Below are positions 1 to 8,848 of a stretch of DNA of 64,000 nucleotides, piece after piece. Both the position numbers and the translations under genes were made by a program. Below the pieces are notes generated by a model. That model worked only from the letters and a program-made list of their open reading frames with translations, did no database searches and was not told where the DNA came from. Source of the stretch: a virus (taxonomy: Duplodnaviria > Caudoviricetes). Every line of letters begins with the position of its first letter. Within the stretch, counting starts at the first letter, position 1. Where the stretch lies: the IMG/VR virus record IMGVR_UViG_3300008255_000007, positions 20,153 through 84,152 of that record; one strand, 5' to 3'.

Positions 1-2
1 TA

Positions 3-1340
3 AAATATCCAGGACTGCTTAATGCAAACACTGATGATATTGCTATTTATGAATTTTATCATAAACGATCTGAAGCTATGCCGGATGGTCGTTATATGTT
101 GTACGTAAGTAATGATGCAGTTCTTTATGATGGTCCTCTTCCTTATAGGGAAATTCCAGTATACAGAATAGCTCCTAGTAACTATTTAGGAGGTCCTTTT
201 GGATATACTATTATGTTTGACTTGCTTCCTACTCAAGAAGCATTAAATCTTCTATATAGTACTATTATGACTAACCAACATGCTTTTGGAGTTCAGAATA
301 TAATGGCTCCAAAAGGTAATGACATAAACTACACACAGCTTGCAGGAGGTTTAAATTTCATAGAATATACTCCTGGAATGAAACCCGAGTCTTTAAATCT
401 AACTCAAACTCCTGCTGAAATCTTTAATATGGTTGACCGTATTGAAAAAACTATGGAAACCCTATCTGGTATAAACTCTGTTACTAGAGGAAATCCAGAA
501 GCTAGTTTAGAATCAGGAGCGGCTCTAGCCCTTGTACAATCTCAAGCTGTTCAGTTTACTTCTAGTCTACAGCAATCCTATGTATACATAGTAGAAAAAG
601 TATGTACATCTCTTATAAAGATGTTACAAGACTTTGCTGACGTTCCGAGAGTAGCTAATATTGTAGGAAAGTCTAAAAGATCTTACATGAAAGAGTTTAC
701 AGGAGAGGACATTAAAGGTATTAACCGAGTTAATATTGAAATGGCCAACCCACTATCAAAAACTACCGCTGGTAGATTAGAGATAGCTAACCAGTTAATA
801 CAGATGGGATTAGTCAAGAACTTAGATCAGTATTTTACAATACTAAACACTGGAAAACTAGATACTATGATAGAAGGAGATCAAGCAGAACTCTTATTAA
901 TTAAATCTGAAAATGAATCAATGATGGAAGGTAAGGAAGTTCCAGTACTTGATATAGATAAGCATCAAATGCATATTAATGAGCATAAGTCGCTACTAGC
1001 TGATCCTAACTTACGAGCAGATCCTAATTTAGTAGGTTTAGTACTTTCACATATTCAGGAGCATATAAATGCTTTACGAATGACAGATCCTGACCTTCTT
1101 ATGATGACAGGGCAGCAGCCTCTACAGCCGCCTCCGCCTCCTGGTGGAATGCCTCCTCCTGGTGCAGCAGGTGAGCCTCTACCTCCAGTAGATGCTATGC
1201 AGGGAGGTCCTGTAGCCGATCAGATGGCTCCAATGCCGGATGGTGCCGCTCCTGACGTTAACATTCCTAATCTACCGTCGCCTCCAGCGCCGTTTGAAGG
1301 AGCACCTTTATCACCTGAAGACGTAGACTTACAAGGTTAA
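3..1340 (+). CDS. portal protein, 5'-truncated by the window edge
   Basis: The frame is open from base 3. It sits directly upstream of scaffold and MCP, has a helical portal-like body (SGINSVTRG...SGAALAL) and a Pro-rich C-tail. Confidence 0.75.
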   Translation, partial: KYPGLLNANTDDIAIYEFYHKRSEAMPDGRYMLYVSNDAVLYDGPLPYREIPVYRIAPSNYLGGPFGYTIMFDLLPTQEALNLLYSTIMTNQHAFGVQNIMAPKGNDINYTQLAGGLNFIEYTPGMKPESLNLTQTPAEIFNMVDRIEKTMETLSGINSVTRGNPEASLESGAALALVQSQAVQFTSSLQQSYVYIVEKVCTSLIKMLQDFADVPRVANIVGKSKRSYMKEFTGEDIKGINRVNIEMANPLSKTTAGRLEIANQLIQMGLVKNLDQYFTILNTGKLDTMIEGDQAELLLIKSENESMMEGKEVPVLDIDKHQMHINEHKSLLADPNLRADPNLVGLVLSHIQEHINALRMTDPDLLMMTGQQPLQPPPPPGGMPPPGAAGEPLPPVDAMQGGPVADQMAPMPDGAAPDVNIPNLPSPPAPFEGAPLSPEDVDLQG

Positions 1341-1411
1341 AACCCACCCATAAGGGCGGTTATTTTAAAGCTTACCCTTTATTAAAAGGATAGCAGAAAG
1401 AGAGAATAAAA

Positions 1412-2407
1412 ATGAGTGAATCAAATGTATCAACAGGAGCTGCAGAGTCAGCTTCATCAACCGGATCAGAAGGATTAGCAGTATCTGAAGAACTTAATGC
1501 TGTAGTAGGTGAAGATTCTGAACAAGCTGAAGAGGAAGTAGAAGCTTCAGAGGAAGGCTCAGAAGAATCTAAAGAAGAAGTCGAAGAAGAGCTAGAAAAA
1601 GCCTCTAAAGAAGAGGTTGAAAAAGCTAAACAGTCTTTAAAAAAGAAATATAAGCTTAAAGTAGACGGAGAAGAGCTTGAAGAAGAACTATCTGACGAAG
1701 ATATAGTAAGAGAGCTTCAACTAGCTAAAAAAGCTAGAAAAGAAATACAGAATTCTACTAATCTTAAAAAAGAAGTAGAAAGTTTCCTAGAAACTCTTAG
1801 AAAAAACCCAGCGGCAGTTTTATCAGACCCTTTAATTGGACTAGATCCTATAGAGTTTGCTCAACAGATCCTTTCTCAGAAGCTAGAAGAAGAGGCTAAG
1901 GACCCAGCTACTAGAGAAAAAGAAAAGCTAGAACAGGAGCTGCAGCAATTAAGAGAACAGATGAAGTCTGAAGAAGAAAGAATTCAAAGAGAGACTTATG
2001 AAAGAGAAGTTATTAGAGCTGAACAGGAGCTAGAAGAGCAAGTATCCGAAGCTTTAGAGACTAGCGGTCTTCCTAAGAGCCCTTACGTAGTAAAAAAGAT
2101 GGCAGAAGTAATGATCTCTGCTATGGAACGTAAGATGAATATTAGTCCTAAACAAGCTATGAATATCGTTAAGAAAGAAATGACTAGCGATATAAAAGAG
2201 TTATTTAATGCCAGCCCTGATGACTTGCTAGAGCAGCTTATCGGTTCTGATAATATTAAAAGACTTAATAAGAAATCATTAGCTAGGATTAAGAAAGTAG
2301 CCCCAACAGCTAATTCTATTAAACCCACAGGACAGATGACAAAAACAGACACTAATACACAGAAAGAAGAAAAAATCAACATTAGCGACTGGTTAAGACG
2401 TAAATAA
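1412..2407 (+). CDS. capsid scaffolding protein
   Basis: Very acidic N-terminus, KLKVDGEE motif, coiled coil, located between portal and MCP. Confidence 0.65.
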   Translation: MSESNVSTGAAESASSTGSEGLAVSEELNAVVGEDSEQAEEEVEASEEGSEESKEEVEEELEKASKEEVEKAKQSLKKKYKLKVDGEELEEELSDEDIVRELQLAKKARKEIQNSTNLKKEVESFLETLRKNPAAVLSDPLIGLDPIEFAQQILSQKLEEEAKDPATREKEKLEQELQQLREQMKSEEERIQRETYEREVIRAEQELEEQVSEALETSGLPKSPYVVKKMAEVMISAMERKMNISPKQAMNIVKKEMTSDIKELFNASPDDLLEQLIGSDNIKRLNKKSLARIKKVAPTANSIKPTGQMTKTDTNTQKEEKINISDWLRRK

Positions 2408-2574
2408 TCTAACAAATTAGTGTTATAAAGGAATGCTACAAGGTAACTTTTAGTTTTCTTTACGGCTCTTAGATACACAAGCTCTAAGATACCAAAAAGA
2501 TAAGAACAGAAAACCGCGCAGTACCCTATAATAAAAAAGATAAATACTTAAAATAATAGGAGAATTAAAATAAA

Positions 2575-3822
2575 ATGGCAAACGTACCAAACACCGTATC
2601 TACCTTAAATGGTAACTTCAAAGAAGTATATGCGGATAAAATTAAACAATTAGTCCCTGACAATGTAATGCTTTTGAACATGGTAGACTTTCTACCTTCT
2701 GACAAAGCACTAGGCAATGAATATCACCAGCCTGTAATCCTTGGACATGAGCATGGATTCAGCTACGGTGGAACTGATGGATCAGCTTTTGCTCTTAACG
2801 ATGCAATCGCAGGCGTTGTAAAAGATGCTAAAATCCAAGGTTATGAGTATGTTCTTCGTACTCAGATTTCATATGCTGCTGCTAGCCGCGCTGCTGCTAG
2901 TAAAGCTGCTTTTGAACGATCTACTAAGCTCATCGTAGCTAACATGATTCGTTCATTCGCTAAGCGTCTTGAAATTTCAATGTTCTACGGTCAAACACCT
3001 CTTGCTACTGTTGGAGCTGGTACTACCACTACTTCATTGGCAATTCCTGCTGCTGACTGGGCTGCTGGTGTATGGGTAGGTTCTGAACAAGCTGAAGTTG
3101 AACTTTTCGACGGTTCAAGCAACACTCTTCGTGGTTCTGCTAAAATCAACGCAGTTGATCTTACAGCTCGTACTCTAGGTCTTGCTTCTGCTATCGCAGG
3201 TGCAGCTTCTGGAGATACTTTGTACTTCAAGAGTGCTAAAATCCAAGGATCTGCTGGACATAATGACCTTAAAGGTCTTCAATCCATCATCCAAGAATCC
3301 GCTACTCTTTTCAACATTTCTACTAGCTCTTACAGCTTGTGGAAAGGTAACACTTACAGTGCAGGTTCTGCTGATCTTTCTTTCGAGAAGATTCAAGAAG
3401 CTATTGCTGTAGCTGTTGAAAAAGGTCTTGATGAAGACGTTACATGTATTGTTAACCACAAAACATGGGCTAAGCTTTTGACAGATCAAGCTGCTCTTAG
3501 AATGTATGATTCTTCATACAGCCGAGAAGTAGCTGAAAACGGTTCTCAATCAATCAAGTTCCATTCACAAAATGGTTCTGTTGAGATTCGTCCTTGTACT
3601 TATGTTAAAGAATCCCTAGCTTTCGTACTTCCTACTAAGACTTTGATGCGTGTTGGTTCAACTGACATTACATTCAAACTTCCTGGTCAAGAGTATGAAG
3701 ATAGATTCTTCCGTGAGTTGGAAAGTAATGCTGGTTTTGAGTTGAGAGCCTATACCGATCAGGCACTTTTTTGTGACACCCCAGGCAAACTCGTACTCAT
3801 AACAAATATAGTAAATTCTTAA
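2575..3822 (+). CDS. major capsid protein
   Basis: 415 aa after scaffold, strong SD (aggag), highly biased codon usage (TTC/AAC/ATC/CGT), terminator downstream. Confidence 0.85.
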   Translation: MANVPNTVSTLNGNFKEVYADKIKQLVPDNVMLLNMVDFLPSDKALGNEYHQPVILGHEHGFSYGGTDGSAFALNDAIAGVVKDAKIQGYEYVLRTQISYAAASRAAASKAAFERSTKLIVANMIRSFAKRLEISMFYGQTPLATVGAGTTTTSLAIPAADWAAGVWVGSEQAEVELFDGSSNTLRGSAKINAVDLTARTLGLASAIAGAASGDTLYFKSAKIQGSAGHNDLKGLQSIIQESATLFNISTSSYSLWKGNTYSAGSADLSFEKIQEAIAVAVEKGLDEDVTCIVNHKTWAKLLTDQAALRMYDSSYSREVAENGSQSIKFHSQNGSVEIRPCTYVKESLAFVLPTKTLMRVGSTDITFKLPGQEYEDRFFRELESNAGFELRAYTDQALFCDTPGKLVLITNIVNS

Positions 3823-3848
3823 TTAAATTAAGTATTTAAGATAATCTT

Positions 3849-3884
3849 AAAGACCTTGCTCTCTTAATTGAAGGCAGGGTCTTT
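3849..3884 (+). terminator. hairpin after MCP
   Basis: aaagaccttgc (3849-3859) pairs with gcagggtcttt (3874-3884), followed by a T-rich tract. Confidence 0.65.
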
Positions 3885-3894
3885 CACTTTAGTG

Positions 3895-3924
3895 TTGACA
3901 CATTTTACTTTTGTACATTATAAT
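3895..3924 (+). promoter_or_regulatory. sigma70-type promoter, leaderless HNH mRNA
   Basis: TTGACA-18-TATAAT, then 6 nt, then ATG at 3931. Confidence 0.8.
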
Positions 3925-3930
3925 AATATT

Positions 3931-4560
3931 ATGAAAAAGAAAACACTAACATTAGAGCACAGAAAAGCACTTAGCGAAGCTGCTAAGATATCAAATTCTA
4001 CTAGAGTCTTATCTGAAGAAACTTTAAAGAAGATGAGCGACTCTGCTAAGAAAAGAGAAGCTGCCAAAGAAGATAAAACTCTACCAGAAGGTATGATTAA
4101 ACGTAAAGAGCATATATGGCTAAAAGATATAGAGTGTAAAGAGTGCTCTAAGTGTAAAGGAGTTAAACCTTTAACTGAATTTGGAAAAGATAAAAGTGCT
4201 AAATGGGATGGACTAAACTACTACTGTAAAGTATGCCATAATCAGAATAGGAAAAAAGCATATAAAACTACTAAAAAATATGAAAATAAATATGCAGTTA
4301 ATAGAAGAAGACAGTTAAAAATAGAAGCTGTAGAATATAAAGGTGGGATATGTCAAAAGTGTGGATTAAAACATGAAACTAATCATAATACCGCCGCTTT
4401 CCAGTTCCACCATAGAGACCCCTCTAAGAAAGACTTTACTATAGCAGCGAGGACTACTACGGTATTAGACAATTTAAAACCAGAATTAGATAAATGCGAC
4501 TTATTATGTGCCACATGTCATCATATAGTCCACTGGAGCCTTAAAAAAGACCTAGACTAA
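3931..4560 (+). CDS. free-standing HNH homing endonuclease with NUMOD3-like N-terminus
   Basis: Repeats EHRKALSEA and EETLKKMSDS, CxxC zinc motifs, FHHRDP...KCDLLCATCH. Start moved to ATG 3931 from the promoter geometry. Confidence 0.85.
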   Translation: MKKKTLTLEHRKALSEAAKISNSTRVLSEETLKKMSDSAKKREAAKEDKTLPEGMIKRKEHIWLKDIECKECSKCKGVKPLTEFGKDKSAKWDGLNYYCKVCHNQNRKKAYKTTKKYENKYAVNRRRQLKIEAVEYKGGICQKCGLKHETNHNTAAFQFHHRDPSKKDFTIAARTTTVLDNLKPELDKCDLLCATCHHIVHWSLKKDLD

Positions 4561-4581
4561 TATCTAAAACTATGATATGCT
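4553..4581 (+). promoter_or_regulatory. sigma70-type promoter of tRNA-like RNA
   Basis: TAGACT-17-TATGCT with extended TGn. +1 is predicted at G4588, the first base of the acceptor stem. Confidence 0.7.
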
Positions 4582-4587
4582 ACTCAA

Positions 4588-4721
4588 GTTCCTAGCGGCG
4601 TGGAAAGCAGACACGCTAAACATAGTTAAATAAGACTAGGCTTTCTAGAAGCCGAAAAGAGAGTAGAAGCTATGGTCCGCATCTCGAAGTCTTAGTAGGA
4701 GTAGCGACCTACCTAGGAGCA
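4588..4721 (+). ncRNA. tRNA-like structured RNA lacking an anticodon arm
   Basis: 8-bp acceptor stem GTTCCTAG/CTAGGAGC plus A, D-like arm GCGTG/CACGC, T-like arm GTAGG/CCTAC stacked on the acceptor, inner stems and a 7-bp pseudoknot. Confidence 0.75.
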
Positions 4722-4741
4722 CTTCTTAAACAACTCCTTAT

Positions 4742-5140
4742 ATGGAATCTAAAAAATACTTTATATTTAATAAGGGCGAGAAATTTAAGTTATCTGATAA
4801 TTTCAGTAGTCATGAACTAGAATGCAAATGTTCTAGAGCTGATTGCATAGAACAGAAGATATCCGTAAATTTAATAGAAAAACTACAGAAAATAAGAGAA
4901 AAGTTAGGTAAGTCTTTAAAGATTACCAGCGGTTATAGGTGCGAAGCCCATAACAAAGCTATAGGAGGTGCTGCTAAAAGTCAGCACATTCTAGGAAACG
5001 CCGTAGACCTTAAAACAGAGGATATGGACTCTCTAGAAGCTTTAGTAGAAGTTGAATTTGATGCTGTAGGTAATGCCAAGCCTTCCTTCTTACATGTAGA
5101 TGTAAGAGATACTAAAAACAAACTAAGATGGACCTATTAA
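4742..5140 (+). CDS. peptidase M15A-type endolysin (Zn peptidoglycan peptidase)
   Basis: ITSGYRC..HN..IGGA..SQH..G.AVD and FLHVDVR motifs. Confidence 0.85.
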   Translation: MESKKYFIFNKGEKFKLSDNFSSHELECKCSRADCIEQKISVNLIEKLQKIREKLGKSLKITSGYRCEAHNKAIGGAAKSQHILGNAVDLKTEDMDSLEALVEVEFDAVGNAKPSFLHVDVRDTKNKLRWTY

Positions 5141-5165
5141 ACAAATAATTAAGAGGTTTTTATAG

Positions 5166-5648
5166 ATGAGTATTCCTTTAACCGTTCAGGGTGTAACCTT
5201 TCAATATCCTGTATCAGGAGATGAGCTGTGGGGCCGAGAGGCTACTAACTGGGCTATAGCAGTAACTAATGCATTAACTACCTTAACGGTTACAGGTGAT
5301 ATTGGTCCTACTACCCTAGCAGCTATTAATAATAATGTGAGCACACCTACTAACGTAAGCCAATTAAACGTTAGTGTGGCTAATGTTAGAGCTTTTATGG
5401 TGCAATATTATGTATATAGAGGCCGTGGTTCTCCAACTAACGAGGAATTAGTAGAAACAGGCACCTTAAGGGCTATATACGCCCCATCAGCAGGAGCTTG
5501 GACTCTAGATAATACTTATACTGGAGATTCTGACGTAGAGTTTAATATTACAGCAGCAGGACAAGTCCAGTATACTTCCAGTAACATAGCAGGATCTGGT
5601 ACTTATTTTGGACAAATGAGGTATAGACTATTCGCGCTACCTGTATAA
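5166..5648 (+). CDS. virion protein sharing a C-terminal beta domain with the 12804 fibre
   Basis: FNITAAGQVQYTS here versus FTITSAGQVQYTS in 12804..14945. Confidence 0.55.
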   Translation: MSIPLTVQGVTFQYPVSGDELWGREATNWAIAVTNALTTLTVTGDIGPTTLAAINNNVSTPTNVSQLNVSVANVRAFMVQYYVYRGRGSPTNEELVETGTLRAIYAPSAGAWTLDNTYTGDSDVEFNITAAGQVQYTSSNIAGSGTYFGQMRYRLFALPV

Positions 5649-5687
5649 CAAATTAATAATAGAAACCTGGAAATGGAAAGGTAATAT

Positions 5688-6737
5688 ATGGCCAATAGTA
5701 AATTTAAAATCAAAAAAGGTCTTAATTTAGACCCTCAATCAAGTGCAGCAAACTCCACTACTGGAGATTTAGAGGTTTTAGCCTCAGATCAAAGACTACA
5801 TTACCATGATGGTTCTCAAGACAGAACTTTAGTAGATCAGAACACAGCAGAAACTCTTACAAATAAGACTATAGACGCCGACAGTAATACTATTACTAAT
5901 ATAGAAAACGCTGATATTAAAGCACTTGCAGCTATTGACGCTACTAAAATAGCAGACGGTAGCGTAGACAATACAGAATTCCAACATCTAGACGGAGCTA
6001 CTGGAAATATCCAAGCTCAGATAGATGAAAATACACAAGCTATACTAGATAATGATGCTGATATCCTAGCACTAGAGTCAAGTAAACAAGATGTAGGCGA
6101 CTATATAACAGACTTGACAGGAGATGTTACTGCAAGTGGTCCTGGAGCCGTAGCAGCCACTATAGCTAACGATGCAGTCACTAATGCAAAGTTAAATAAC
6201 ATGGCAGCATGGACCCTTAAAGGCCGTAATAATGCAGCTAGCGGAGACCCTGAAGATATAGCAGTAGCAGACTTAACAGAAGACGGTAGTCCAGCTACAG
6301 GAGATTTCGCAGTAGTAATGTTATCTACTGGAGAGCTTAGAAAAGTTCAGTTAGGTAATATTCCAGGAACTGGTGGCACTGGAGGAGGTAGTTATGAAGT
6401 ATTTGATTCAACTCCTCAAGATATTTCAGCTTCTGGTACGATCACTTTCTCAGATGAGGCTGCAGAGCAGCTCCAAGTACGCAGAGTACAAGGAGATACA
6501 GCTTCTACTGAAATTACAGCTAGTTCTACTCCTTTTGGAACAACACCTCCTACTAATGATGGAGTAACTATTCGATTAATAGGACAAAGTGATACACAAC
6601 CACTTAAAATAGTACATAATGATGCCTCAGATGGTGCGGTTCTTAATGGTGATTGTTTACTTTATAAAAATAGTATGTTAGAATTACAATGGGATGCAAC
6701 GGCTGACCGTTGGATTGAAGTGGCGAGGTCTAGATAA
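5688..6737 (+). CDS. tail/head fibre protein
   Basis: ETLTNKTID and LTGDVTASG..VAATIANDAVTNAKL fibre motifs, Gly/Thr-rich. Confidence 0.65.
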   Translation: MANSKFKIKKGLNLDPQSSAANSTTGDLEVLASDQRLHYHDGSQDRTLVDQNTAETLTNKTIDADSNTITNIENADIKALAAIDATKIADGSVDNTEFQHLDGATGNIQAQIDENTQAILDNDADILALESSKQDVGDYITDLTGDVTASGPGAVAATIANDAVTNAKLNNMAAWTLKGRNNAASGDPEDIAVADLTEDGSPATGDFAVVMLSTGELRKVQLGNIPGTGGTGGGSYEVFDSTPQDISASGTITFSDEAAEQLQVRRVQGDTASTEITASSTPFGTTPPTNDGVTIRLIGQSDTQPLKIVHNDASDGAVLNGDCLLYKNSMLELQWDATADRWIEVARSR

Positions 6738-8701
6738 TGTCAAACGTAAGAACAATGTTAGCTGACTACCTTTTAGGTACAGGCGATTTAAAACGTAACT
6801 ATATAAAAAACCCTATAGCTGAAAAGAATATACTTAATATTACAGCTTCTGGAGCAGTAGTTACTAGAAATACTACTAATCCTTTAACTCAAGATGCAGA
6901 CATTCAAATTGTAATGGATGCCGTAAATGAATATGCTGAATTTGGAACTAATAGCCTAGATCGTGCTATGAAGGGGCAAAACTGCCAAGTTAAGTTTGAT
7001 TATAAACTAACTAAAGGAGCAGGCGCTACAGTACTAGTTCGTTTAATGGACGGTTCTGCTATAGCCTCTGAATTAGAGCTTATTGATGAAGCAGATGCTA
7101 GACCTGTTTCTATGAATTTTGCATGTTCTGATCCTTCTACAGCAGACTACACAGTTAGATTTATTCAAACAGTAGCTACTACTGAATCAATTCTTAACGT
7201 GACTAATGTTTATTTAGGTAAAGCTGATAATATCAGTAATATAAATCAGGCTGAGCTATATACAGAAGCTTATATACAACCAGCCTCTAATTGTACGTAT
7301 TCTGGAGTATCAGATACTTATGCATCTTTTGGACCAGATACTGATTGTAATTTCTTATCTATTGAATATGGAAAAGGATCTCCCCCTGATACAAAAATAC
7401 CAGCAATAAAATACGAGCATCTACCTGCAGGTAGGTACAAAGTAACAATGAAATTTCAAGTTCAAAATCCTACATCGAATGGCATATGCTTTTTTAGAAT
7501 TAACGACGGAGTGTCAAATAAAGGAACCTCCATGCATAGGCAATCAGGTACTGGAGAGTATACAACACAAGTAGTTTCTGGAGTATTTGAGTATGATACT
7601 CCTCAAACAAATAAAAAATTCGAGCTTTTTTACCTAGAACCTGCTGCTACAACTTGCACAGTTCCTATAGAAGATACTAATAGAGTTTTTCAACTTACAG
7701 TAGAGCGCTACCCTCTAGACTCCCAACAAGTTCTTTCAGTAGATGCTAGTCAGTGGTTAGTGGATGCTAGTATATCAACTAGTAATGCTGCCATCGATTT
7801 AGGATTAGTAGACGTAACTACATATACTGAAATAACTGATTCTGCATTAACATTAACTAATAATACTTCTAAAGGGTCTACTCCTAGCGTTCAGATACCA
7901 TGTTCTGGAACAGAAGTTCCAAGTTCTAGTACGTGTGGTGGGGATGAATCCTTAGGTATAAGTTTTGAAATAATAAAAACAGGATTATATGAAGTATGTT
8001 CGAGTTTTACTCATCAATTTAACTCTACTTCAGGTACGAATGACGCTACTTTTCAACTAGTAGAAACTCCAACTGATGCTCAGACCATTTTACAATACGG
8101 AGGAGGTATGGCCTCTACTAGGTCTTCTGTTGGTGGAAATATAGGATTTCCTGTAAAAACTTGTGGAACTTTTAATTTTAATAGCGTAGGTAGGAAAGTA
8201 ATAAGAGTTATGTATGAGCAAAATGAAGCTACTACATTAGCTAATTCCTTTTTATTAATAAATAAAACAGACACTAATGCAGGAGATAGAGAAGCTTTTT
8301 TTACAGTACGTCCTATTACTCAAAATCAGCCAGCAGTAGTACTAGCTAATAGTGTTAGTAGTAATGGAACAGGCCCTTTTAGGATTGAGAGCGTTACTTT
8401 TGGTGGAGCAAGTGCAGCTACTTCCTGTACTTCAACTCCATGTACTCTTTATAATGAAACTGGATCATGGGTAAGTAGCGTAGCTAGAAATGCTATAGGC
8501 GACTATACTTTAAATATTATTTCTGGAATTTTTAGCAGTGCTCCTAATTGTGTAATTATGCCTTCTGAAGGAAGAGATATTGGACTAGATGCAATTTCTA
8601 CAGCAACTGATGTTAGTTTTAAAGCTAGAGAAAACGCCTCTAATACGGATGGAGATACATTCGGAGTAATTATGTGCATGGGCTTAAAAGGAAACGGATA
8701 A
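6737..8701 (+). CDS. tail fibre / receptor-binding protein
   Basis: 654 aa, Thr/Ser-rich beta modules with paired Cys, C-terminal SSVARNAIGDYTLN..SAPNC module. Confidence 0.6.
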   Translation: MSNVRTMLADYLLGTGDLKRNYIKNPIAEKNILNITASGAVVTRNTTNPLTQDADIQIVMDAVNEYAEFGTNSLDRAMKGQNCQVKFDYKLTKGAGATVLVRLMDGSAIASELELIDEADARPVSMNFACSDPSTADYTVRFIQTVATTESILNVTNVYLGKADNISNINQAELYTEAYIQPASNCTYSGVSDTYASFGPDTDCNFLSIEYGKGSPPDTKIPAIKYEHLPAGRYKVTMKFQVQNPTSNGICFFRINDGVSNKGTSMHRQSGTGEYTTQVVSGVFEYDTPQTNKKFELFYLEPAATTCTVPIEDTNRVFQLTVERYPLDSQQVLSVDASQWLVDASISTSNAAIDLGLVDVTTYTEITDSALTLTNNTSKGSTPSVQIPCSGTEVPSSSTCGGDESLGISFEIIKTGLYEVCSSFTHQFNSTSGTNDATFQLVETPTDAQTILQYGGGMASTRSSVGGNIGFPVKTCGTFNFNSVGRKVIRVMYEQNEATTLANSFLLINKTDTNAGDREAFFTVRPITQNQPAVVLANSVSSNGTGPFRIESVTFGGASAATSCTSTPCTLYNETGSWVSSVARNAIGDYTLNIISGIFSSAPNCVIMPSEGRDIGLDAISTATDVSFKARENASNTDGDTFGVIMCMGLKGNG

Positions 8702-8704
8702 GCC

Positions 8705-8733
8705 TTGACTATTATAAAATAGTCTAGTATTAT
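8705..8733 (+). promoter_or_regulatory. sigma70-type promoter with an inverted repeat in the spacer
   Basis: TTGACT-17-TATTAT; GACTAT-tataaa-ATAGTC palindrome. Confidence 0.7.
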
Positions 8734-8739
8734 TGCAAG

Positions 8740-8810
8740 TAGTTACTCGAGGTAATGGAAGCTTCCATTGCTTAGAGGACCTGTCCAGAAATGGGGAGGT
8801 CCTCTTTTTT
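8740..8810 (+). ncRNA. candidate ~70-nt small RNA (hairpin plus intrinsic terminator)
   Basis: Own promoter; AATGGAAGCTTCCATT palindrome; GAGGACC/GGTCCTC stem followed by a T run; no ORF. Confidence 0.55.
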
Positions 8811-8812
8811 AT

Positions 8813-8842
8813 TTGACTTATCTAACCTAAATAATATATTAT
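8813..8842 (+). promoter_or_regulatory. sigma70-type promoter
   Basis: TTGACT-18-TATTAT, then 6 nt, then ATG at 8849. Confidence 0.65.
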
Positions 8843-8848
8843 AGTTAT

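Noticed and set aside
1080-1340. GC-rich island at the portal 3' end
   Set aside because: Explained by a Pro/Gly/Ala-rich disordered C-terminal tail.
4621-4694. Hammerhead or HDV-like ribozyme inside the RNA
   Set aside because: A three-way junction and GAAA are present, but there is no CTGANGA core or NUH site. The stem order partly resembles HDV, but there is a 14-nt gap between P3' and P1' and no G at P1.
4588-4721. Canonical tRNA, tmRNA, or tRNA with intron
   Set aside because: No 7-nt anticodon loop, no TTCRA T-loop, no encoded CCA, too short for tmRNA and no tag ORF.
3823-4741. Group I intron interrupting MCP
   Set aside because: MCP ends with a normal stop and a terminator, no downstream exon is seen, and the HNH has its own promoter.
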